DNA of 64,000 nucleotides from an uncultured Actinomycetota bacterium (GTDB lineage Bacteria; Actinomycetota; Actinomycetes; Mycobacteriales; Mycobacteriaceae): NCBI GenBank assembly GCA_963708995.1, contig CAVPUR010000011.1, positions 15,682 to 79,681 of the forward strand, read 5' to 3'. Shown piece by piece: positions 57,394 to 64,000 of this stretch (position 1 is its first letter; each line of letters starts with the position of its first letter). The notes under the pieces were generated by a model. It saw only the letters and a program-made list of their open reading frames with translations, ran no database searches and was not told where the DNA came from. The position numbers and the translations under genes were made by a program.

Positions 57394-58268
57394 TAATTCA
57401 GCCTCAGTTCTCCGGCGGCGCGTTGCTGATCGGATTGGTGCTTGAGCACCACGCCAAGAGTTGCGGCGACGACCGCGTCGTCGATGGTGTCCAGGCCCAG
57501 CGCCAGCACCGTGCGGCCCCAGTCGATGGTCTCGGCGATGGACGGCAATTTCTTGAGCTGCATCCCGCGCATCACGCCGATGATGCGCACCAGCTCCTCG
57601 GCCAGGTGCTCGGGCAGCTCGGGGACCCGGGACAATAGGATGCGGCGTTCCAGGTCGGCACTGGGGAAGTCGATGTGCAGGAACAGACAGCGGCGCTTGA
57701 GCGCCTCGGACAGTTCCCGGGTGGCGTTGGAGGTCAACAACACAAACGGCGGGCGCTCCGCGGTGAGCGTGCCCAGTTCTGGGACGGTCACCGCGAAGTC
57801 GGACAGCACCTCGAGCAGCAGGCCTTCGATTTCGATGTCGGCCTTGTCGGTCTCGTCGATCAACAGCACCGTCGGCTCGGTGCGCCGGATGGCGGTCAGC
57901 AACGGACGCTGCAGCAGGAACTCCTCGGTGAACACATCGGTCTTGGTCGCCTCCCAGTCCCCCGAACCCGACTGAATGCGCAGGATTTGCTTGGCGTGGT
58001 TCCACTCGTAGAGCGCACGGGCCTCGTCGACGCCCTCGTAGCACTGCAGCCTGACCAGACCGGACCCGGTGGCCTGGGCGACTGCCCGCGCCAGCTCCGT
58101 TTTGCCGACGCCGGCGGGGCCTTCGACCAGCAGCGGCTTACCGAGCCGGTCGGCGAGAAACACCGCTGTCGCGGTGGCGGTGTCGACCAGGTAGCCGGTC
58201 TCGGCCAGCCGTCGCGAGACGTCGGCGATGTCGGCGAACAGCGGGGTGGGCCGGGCGGGCACGGTCAC
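57393..58268 (-). CDS. moxR: MoxR-family AAA+ ATPase (Rv2426c-like)
   Basis: 291 aa. Walker A GPAGVGKT and Walker B LLIDETDK. Confidence 0.95.
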   Translation of the reverse strand: MTVPARPTPLFADIADVSRRLAETGYLVDTATATAVFLADRLGKPLLVEGPAGVGKTELARAVAQATGSGLVRLQCYEGVDEARALYEWNHAKQILRIQSGSGDWEATKTDVFTEEFLLQRPLLTAIRRTEPTVLLIDETDKADIEIEGLLLEVLSDFAVTVPELGTLTAERPPFVLLTSNATRELSEALKRRCLFLHIDFPSADLERRILLSRVPELPEHLAEELVRIIGVMRGMQLKKLPSIAETIDWGRTVLALGLDTIDDAVVAATLGVVLKHQSDQQRAAGELRLN

Positions 58269-58288
58269 AATCGAATTCTCCTAAGCAC

Positions 58289-59536
58289 TCAGGCCGGACG
58301 GATCTGGCCGTCTCCCCACGCGATCCATTTGGTCGAGGTCAATTCGGGCAGTCCCATCGGGCCGCGGGCATGCAGTTTCTGGGTGGAGATGCCGATCTCG
58401 GCACCGAAACCGAACTGCTCCCCGTCGGTGAAGGACGTCGACGCGTTGACCATCACCGCGGCCGAGTCGACTCCCTCGGTAAACCGTTGGGCGGCAGCCA
58501 TATTGCTTGTCACGATCGCCTCGGTGTGTCCGGTGCCGTACTCGTTGATGTGGGCAATTGCGGCGTCGACGCCGTCCACCACGGCCACCGCGATGTCCAT
58601 TGAAAGGTATTCACGGCGCAGGTCATCCTCACCGGCGTCCAGATGAACGGTCACCCCCGCGTCCTGCAGGGCGGCAATCAGCCTGGGCATGGCGTGGTCG
58701 GCGATCGCCGCGTCAACCAGCAGGGTCTCGGCGGCGTTGCAGACGCTGGGCCGGCGGGTCTTGGAGTTCAGCAGGACCCGTTCGGCCACTTCGAGGTCGG
58801 CGCCTTCGTGCACGTAGACGTGACAGTTGCCGACACCCGTCTCGATGGTGGGCACCTGCGCGTCGCGGACCACCGCGTCGATCAGGCTGGCGCCGCCGCG
58901 CGGAATGACCACGTCGACCAGCCCGCGGGCCTGGATGAGGTGGGTGACGGTGGACCGATCGGCGGCCGAAAGCAGCTGGACCGCGTCGGCGGGCAAATCC
59001 TCGCTGACCAGCGCGGCACGCAACACGTCGACGAGCGCCTGGTTGGACTTCGCGGCCGACGAGCTCCCGCGCAGCAGCACGGCATTACCGGACTTGAGCG
59101 CCAAACCGAAAGCGTCGACGGTGACGTTGGGCCGGCCCTCGTAGATCATGCCGACCACGCCCAGCGGAACCCGCTGTTGCCGCAAGTGCAGGCCATTGGG
59201 CAAGGTGTAGCCGCGCAGTACCTCCCCGACCGGGTCGGGCAGCCCGGCCACCTGGTGCAGACCGGCGGCGATTGCGTCGACGCGGTTCGCGTCCAACGCG
59301 AGCCGATCGAGCATCGCGGTCGGCGTGTTGGCGGCGCGGGCCGCGTCCAGATCTTGGGCATTGGCCGCAAGGATCCGCTCGGCGTTGGCCGTGATCGCCT
59401 CCGCCGCGGACTTCAGCGCGTGATCCTTTGCGACGGTCGGCAATAAGGCGAGCGCGCGGGCAGCGACACGGGAGCGGCGCGCGGCGTCGTGGACCTGTTG
59501 GCGCAAGTCAGGAAGCGATGGTGCTTGCAGACTCAT
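58289..59536 (-). CDS. proA: Gamma-glutamyl phosphate reductase
   Basis: 415 aa from [15 protein letters not shown]. The aldehyde-dehydrogenase fold has the catalytic Cys context ([12 protein letters not shown]). The track ORF extends to 59620. Confidence 0.95.
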   Translation of the reverse strand: MSLQAPSLPDLRQQVHDAARRSRVAARALALLPTVAKDHALKSAAEAITANAERILAANAQDLDAARAANTPTAMLDRLALDANRVDAIAAGLHQVAGLPDPVGEVLRGYTLPNGLHLRQQRVPLGVVGMIYEGRPNVTVDAFGLALKSGNAVLLRGSSSAAKSNQALVDVLRAALVSEDLPADAVQLLSAADRSTVTHLIQARGLVDVVIPRGGASLIDAVVRDAQVPTIETGVGNCHVYVHEGADLEVAERVLLNSKTRRPSVCNAAETLLVDAAIADHAMPRLIAALQDAGVTVHLDAGEDDLRREYLSMDIAVAVVDGVDAAIAHINEYGTGHTEAIVTSNMAAAQRFTEGVDSAAVMVNASTSFTDGEQFGFGAEIGISTQKLHARGPMGLPELTSTKWIAWGDGQIRPA

Positions 59537-59591
59537 TGAACCAGGGTATCGGGCCCTAAGCTGCGCGGTTAGGCTGCCCCACCCCGCGACA

Positions 59592-61022
59592 TCAGGACAG
59601 CGGGCGCACTGGCGCCTCACCTGACGCGGTCACCGCGCGCGCCTGCCGCACCTTGCTCCGACGCTCTTCGAGGGTGCGGCCAAAGTCCTGTAGCAGCAAC
59701 GGTTCATGCATCACCACGTGCTCGAGGTGCTCACGATCGATCACCAACGCGGTCACCTCTTCCAGCGCGTAGGCGCTAGCAAGGTTAGGTTGCCGAGTCA
59801 GCGTGGTCAGCCCCAGGAAAGATCCCTCGACCAGCGTGGTGACCGGCACCACCGTTCCGTCGTCAGCCGTCGCGGTCAGCTGCACCCGCCCGGACACCAG
59901 GAACGTCATCCCTGCCGGGACCTGACCGGCGTACTCCACGATTTCGTCGGCACCGTATCGGACCATCTTCGCGCACGAGTGCAGCGACCGCTGGTTCTCG
60001 GGGCTGAGCCGCAACGCCGGGGCCACCACAGTGCGCAACGCGTGCTCCACTCGATCGGTCGTCGAAAAGTCGTCGTCGGCCTGGTCGAGGTGGAGGTTCT
60101 CCCGTCGTGCGGCGTACCAGGCCCACCGCAGAAATGTGGCTTTCGCGGCGCTGGCGTCGGCGGGTGAGCTCAGACCGATCGACGTGCGGTACTCGGCGGC
60201 CCCGACCGGTACCGAACGGGGCACGCTGCCGGGCTTGAGCTGCGGCAGCGCGCGGGCAACATCCGAGAGCACCGCGCAGACCCGGTCGGGCGGGTCGGCG
60301 CTGGAGAACGTCGTCGTCACCGCCAATTTGTGCGTGCCGGGCGGGCGACTGAGATTTGTGAACGAGGTGGTGGCCAGCATCGAGTTCGGCATGATCCGCA
60401 TGCCGCTACCGGTGTCGATGTGCACGGCGCGCCAGTTCACCTCGACGACGCGCCCCCGCGCCGTCCCGGTGTCTAGCCAGTCATCGATCCGGAAGGGCTG
60501 CTCGAACAGCATGAACAAGCCCGACACGACCTGGCCGACGGAGTTCTGCAGCATCAACCCGATGACAACCGACGTGACACCCAGCGCGGTGAAAAGGCCG
60601 CCGATCCGGACGCCCCAGACGTACGACAGCACCAACGCCAGACCGACGCCGATCACGGCGAAGCGGGCGACGTCGCGGAAGATGGTGGGTAGCCGTTTGC
60701 GCCAGCTCTTTTCGGGCGCGCCATCGAACACGGTCGCGTTGAGCCCCGACAGCAGCAGGACCAGCACCAACATGGCGAACACGGTGGTGAGGATTCGCAC
60801 CGGGACGTCTCGGGCCGGGATCTCCGTGGCCTGGACCAGCAGCAGCAAAAGTGCACCGAGCGGCAGCAGATAGTTGCGCACCAGGCTTACCTGCCTGGCC
60901 AGGCGGCGGTTCCTGCGGACGAGTAAGTCGTGCAGCTCAGTGAGAAGGATCAGCCCGACCGGTAATCCGATCGCGATCCCGACCGCCCAATAGAACCACG
61001 GGTCGTCCCAGGTATTCATCAT
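59592..61022 (-). CDS. MscS-like mechanosensitive channel fused to a C-terminal cyclic-nucleotide-binding domain (Rv2434c-like)
   Basis: N-terminal TM helices and the MscS beta-domain (…[15 protein letters not shown]…), then a cNMP-binding fold (…[13 protein letters not shown]…). ATGA overlap with the cyclase stop at 61019..61022. Confidence 0.85.
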   Translation of the reverse strand: MMNTWDDPWFYWAVGIAIGLPVGLILLTELHDLLVRRNRRLARQVSLVRNYLLPLGALLLLLVQATEIPARDVPVRILTTVFAMLVLVLLLSGLNATVFDGAPEKSWRKRLPTIFRDVARFAVIGVGLALVLSYVWGVRIGGLFTALGVTSVVIGLMLQNSVGQVVSGLFMLFEQPFRIDDWLDTGTARGRVVEVNWRAVHIDTGSGMRIMPNSMLATTSFTNLSRPPGTHKLAVTTTFSSADPPDRVCAVLSDVARALPQLKPGSVPRSVPVGAAEYRTSIGLSSPADASAAKATFLRWAWYAARRENLHLDQADDDFSTTDRVEHALRTVVAPALRLSPENQRSLHSCAKMVRYGADEIVEYAGQVPAGMTFLVSGRVQLTATADDGTVVPVTTLVEGSFLGLTTLTRQPNLASAYALEEVTALVIDREHLEHVVMHEPLLLQDFGRTLEERRSKVRQARAVTASGEAPVRPLS

Positions 61023-63250
61023 CGCTCCAACAAGCGGTAGATCGCCTGATCGGTACCGCCGACCGAGATGGTCCCGGCCGGCGTGAACTGCCGGACCTCC
61101 CGCATCGCGTCGTACACCTGGGAGCTGACATAGATGCCGGGCTGCGGTGCGCCACTGTGCATTTGGTAGGCCAGACTCACCGCACCACCCCACATGTCAT
61201 AGACAAGGCTGGAGCGGCCCACCAGCCCGCTCACGACGTTGCCGGTATTGACGCCGACCCGAAGGCCCAACTGGTGGCCGGTCTCGCTGTTGAACCGGTC
61301 GATGATGCGACCGATTTCCAAGGCGAAGTCAACGCTGCGGTGAATGCTGTCCAGCCGGGGGGTGACCACACCGCAGCTGGCGAGATAGCCGTTGTGGAAC
61401 GTGCGAATCCGTTCGACGCCAAGGGATTCAGCGGCCGAATCAAACTGGCGGAACAGTTCGTCGACAATCCCGACCAATTGGTTCTCGGGCAGATCGTTGG
61501 AGATTTCGTCGAGGCCGACGATATCGGCATAGATAATGGCGACGTCCTGATGCTTCTGGGCGATGTTTTCCTCACCCTCGCGATAGCGTCGCACCACCGA
61601 CTCAGGCATCAGCGCCAGCAATAGGCGGTCGTTTTCGCGGCGCTGCTCGTTGAGCAACTCTTCCTTGATCGCCAGATTCCGGCTCATCTCGTTGAAAGCC
61701 GCGGTGAGGTCGCCGATTTCATCGCGTGCCATTACCGGAATGTTGATGTCGTAGTCGCCGGAACTGATCTTCCGCGTGCCCTCCTCGAGGCGCCGGACCG
61801 GCCGCACCGCTGCTTGGGCGATGACCAACGAAGCAATGCAGATAGCGAAAACCATTGCCGTTACGGCAATCACGATCCCTTTACTGAACCGACCCAGCCG
61901 CGCAAAGGCATCGGAGTTGTCTCGCGTCGCCAGAACCGACCAATGCAGATCGGAGTTCGGCACGTTCAATGGGGCATAGGCTTCCAACTCTTTATTGCCC
62001 AGGTAATCGGTGGCGGTGACAACTCCGGTCTCTCCGCGTTGGGCGGCACGAAGACCCGCGGTCGGCACCGGCTGCACCAGCGTCGTGCCGCCCAACCGGA
62101 TCGCTCGGTCCACGACATCCGGTGGCGTACCGGCGTCGATGGAATCGCGCCGGAATTCCTTCGGATCTTCTACGAACAGCCGTGAATCGGAACGCATCAA
62201 GTTATCGGGGCCCGCCAAATATGTTTCGGTCGCAGCGCCCATGCCCGCGGCTTGCCAGTGCCTGTCGGCGGTCATGATCTTGTTGATCTTCGCGATCGGC
62301 ACCGGCAACGCCATGAGCCCGTTGACTTTGCCGTTCATGCCGACCGGCGAGACCACCCACGCGGTGGGCTCGTCGAGGTGCGGCTGATACGGCTGAAAGT
62401 CGGTGATCCAGACGAAGTCGACGTCGTTGGAGGCCAAGGCTTTTTGGTATGCCTCGCGCAGATTTGATTCGCGGTAAGGGCCGTTAAGGATATTGGTCCC
62501 GAGATCGGGACCCTTCATGACGCTGTAAACGACATTGCCTTGCATGTCCAGCAACAGCGCGTCCTTGTAATCGAACCGGGTGACGATACCGCGCATATAG
62601 AAATCGAAGCGGGCATTGGCCGCCGACCATGCGCTGGCGTCGCCGGCGTCCTCGACGGGCAGCGAGTTGGTGGTCGGTCTGTGCGGTGCGGTGTAGTACG
62701 CCTGAACATATCGCTGCGCGTTCGAACTCGGCAGCACCGCGTTGAGATCGATACCGTCACCGGTCGCCCGTTTGATCGGCTGGATCATCTCGTTGTCGTA
62801 ATAGTTGACGAGCGCCTGCTGTTGCGCGGGAGTGATCGGGGCGTTGGCCAATTGAGCGAAGCTCTCGGTGAGCGCCGTCGTAGCCTGGTTGATACTGAAT
62901 CCACCGCTGTAGACGATCAGCGAATTCGTCACCTCCCTGAACAACGCCTCCACCGCTCGCTTCTGCGACTCACGCAACTCGATCAACCGCTCGGACTCGA
63001 CTTCCCGCAACGCGCTGCGCCCGGATACGGCCCCGATCGCGCCGATCACCCCCACGCCCAAGATGCTCGACAGCAGCAGCGCCAGCAGGATCTTGGACTG
63101 GATGCCGAACCGGAAACGGTGCCAGAGCAGGGGCCGGCGGGTGCGCTTGGCCGGCTTTTGAGCCGGCGCAATCTCGGCGTCCGATTCAGGGTCTTTGAGC
63201 TCGCTCGCAGTCAATCCCCTTCCCCCTCTTTCTCCGACAACATTCGGCAC
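61019..63250 (-). CDS. Membrane-anchored class III adenylate cyclase with an extracytoplasmic sensor domain and HAMP (Rv2435c-like)
   Basis: 743 aa: a TM helix, a ~300-aa periplasmic region, a second TM helix, HAMP (…DEIGDLTAAFNEM…), then the cyclase domain (VAIIYADIVGL…GVNTGNVVSG). Confidence 0.9.
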   Translation of the reverse strand: MPNVVGERGGRGLTASELKDPESDAEIAPAQKPAKRTRRPLLWHRFRFGIQSKILLALLLSSILGVGVIGAIGAVSGRSALREVESERLIELRESQKRAVEALFREVTNSLIVYSGGFSINQATTALTESFAQLANAPITPAQQQALVNYYDNEMIQPIKRATGDGIDLNAVLPSSNAQRYVQAYYTAPHRPTTNSLPVEDAGDASAWSAANARFDFYMRGIVTRFDYKDALLLDMQGNVVYSVMKGPDLGTNILNGPYRESNLREAYQKALASNDVDFVWITDFQPYQPHLDEPTAWVVSPVGMNGKVNGLMALPVPIAKINKIMTADRHWQAAGMGAATETYLAGPDNLMRSDSRLFVEDPKEFRRDSIDAGTPPDVVDRAIRLGGTTLVQPVPTAGLRAAQRGETGVVTATDYLGNKELEAYAPLNVPNSDLHWSVLATRDNSDAFARLGRFSKGIVIAVTAMVFAICIASLVIAQAAVRPVRRLEEGTRKISSGDYDINIPVMARDEIGDLTAAFNEMSRNLAIKEELLNEQRRENDRLLLALMPESVVRRYREGEENIAQKHQDVAIIYADIVGLDEISNDLPENQLVGIVDELFRQFDSAAESLGVERIRTFHNGYLASCGVVTPRLDSIHRSVDFALEIGRIIDRFNSETGHQLGLRVGVNTGNVVSGLVGRSSLVYDMWGGAVSLAYQMHSGAPQPGIYVSSQVYDAMREVRQFTPAGTISVGGTDQAIYRLLER

Positions 63251-63333
63251 CGCTAACGCAGCAGACTAGCGCGCGGACCTCAACAAATGGGTGATTGCCG
63301 CAAAAGCGACAAGCGAATACTAACGTCAGCAGA

Positions 63334-64000
63334 ATGGCGGCCGGGGTCTGCGTGGTGGGCAGCGTGAACATGGACCTCACCTTTGACGTCGATACCCTTC
63401 CGCGTCCGGGCGAGACGGTGCTGGCGAAGTCGTTGACCTCCGCACCGGGCGGCAAGGGCGGTAACCAGGCCGTGGCCGCCGCACGCGCCGGCGCGCAGGT
63501 GCAGTTTGTCGGCGCGGTCGGCGACGACGCCGCCGCCGAACGCTTGCGGGCTCACCTCTCGGCCAACGGCGTTGGGCTGGACGGGACCGTGGGGGTGCCC
63601 GGACCCAGCGGCACGGCGATCATCGTGGTCGATTCCGGCGCCGAGAACACCATCGTGGTGGCGCCGGGTGCGAACGGTCGGCTGACGCTGACCGAGGCGG
63701 CTGTGCGCACGGTGGTCGCCGACTGCGATGTGTTGTTGACCCAGTTGGAGATTCCGGTGGCAGCGGCGGTGGCAGCGGCACGCGAAGCCCGATCGGCCGG
63801 AGCGGTCGTCATGGTCAATGCCTCACCGGCCGGTCAGGACCGAAGCGCGCTGGCCGGACTGGCGGCCCTCGCCGACGTCGTGATCGCCAACGAATCCGAG
63901 GCGGACGAATGGCCCTGGCGGCCAACGCACTTCGTGGTTACCCTTGGCGCGCGGGGCGCCCGGTACGCCGGCGCCGACGGAGAGTTCGCGGTACCCGCCC
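63334..64000 (+). CDS. rbsK: Ribokinase (5' part; continues past the window end)
   Basis: Translation from ATG at 63334 gives MAAGVCVVGSVNMDLTFDVDTLPRPGETVLAKSLTSAPGGKGGNQAVAAARAG..., a PfkB/ribokinase N-terminal signature. It is absent from the track because there is no stop in the window. Confidence 0.8.
   Translation, partial: MAAGVCVVGSVNMDLTFDVDTLPRPGETVLAKSLTSAPGGKGGNQAVAAARAGAQVQFVGAVGDDAAAERLRAHLSANGVGLDGTVGVPGPSGTAIIVVDSGAENTIVVAPGANGRLTLTEAAVRTVVADCDVLLTQLEIPVAAAVAAAREARSAGAVVMVNASPAGQDRSALAGLAALADVVIANESEADEWPWRPTHFVVTLGARGARYAGADGEFAVPA

Noticed and set aside
57394-58044. N-terminal 216 codons of the 700-aa track ORF 55942..58044
   Set aside because: This part overlaps moxR in another frame and is Arg/Pro/Gly-rich. 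The VWA protein has a natural start (MAARRIRP) exactly at the moxR stop, giving the expected ~483 aa.
1-64000. Search for CRISPR arrays, tRNA/rRNA genes, IS elements, integrases, and phage or defence-system genes
   Set aside because: I found no spaced direct-repeat arrays, no cloverleaf-like conserved tRNA segments in the intergenic regions, and no transposase, integrase or nuclease/helicase defence-type ORFs in any frame. All sizeable ORFs are accounted for by metabolic or housekeeping genes or by antisense shadows.

Overview
This is a high-G+C Mycobacterium-type chromosomal segment. From my memory of the gene order, it is colinear with M. tuberculosis H37Rv Rv2388c-Rv2436. The conserved backbone is: hemW (partial), sirA-cysH-che1/sirB, a rhodanese, cysA-cysW-cysT-subI, a GH15 trehalase-like gene, lppR, lepA, a CBS protein, an MBL-fold hydrolase, the transglutaminase/alpha-E/ATP-grasp operon, rpsT, holA, comEC, comEA, DegV, an SGNH hydrolase, gpgP, rsfS, nadD, VWA/MoxR, proA, a cNMP-gated MscS-like channel, an adenylate cyclase, and rbsK (partial). 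The main accessory feature is a ~26 kb lipid-metabolism island (about 25.4-51.5 kb) between comEA and degV, where M. tuberculosis has only eis. The island carries two fadE genes, a ~11.1 kb bimodular type I PKS (KS-AT-KR-ACP-KS-AT-DH-ER-KR-ACP), a PapA-type acyltransferase, an MmpL, a PE-PPE-domain (Chp-like) serine hydrolase, a FAAL-type FadD, a DapB-like oxidoreductase and an MmpS/MmpL pair. This gene set is the signature of acyltrehalose glycolipid loci (SL-1, DAT/PAT, trehalose polyphleates). The closest match appears to be the trehalose-polyphleate type rather than something entirely new. The PKS reading frame is broken at three places. The che1/sirB frame is broken once. The SGNH hydrolase runs in frame into DegV. 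These breaks mean either real gene decay or single-base assembly errors, and read-level checks are needed to tell which. I saw no rRNA, tRNA, CRISPR array, transposase or integrase. Many long ORFs in the track are antisense shadow ORFs typical of high-G+C DNA and were ignored. Start codons are often uncertain; where possible I chose starts that give stop/start overlaps with the upstream gene.
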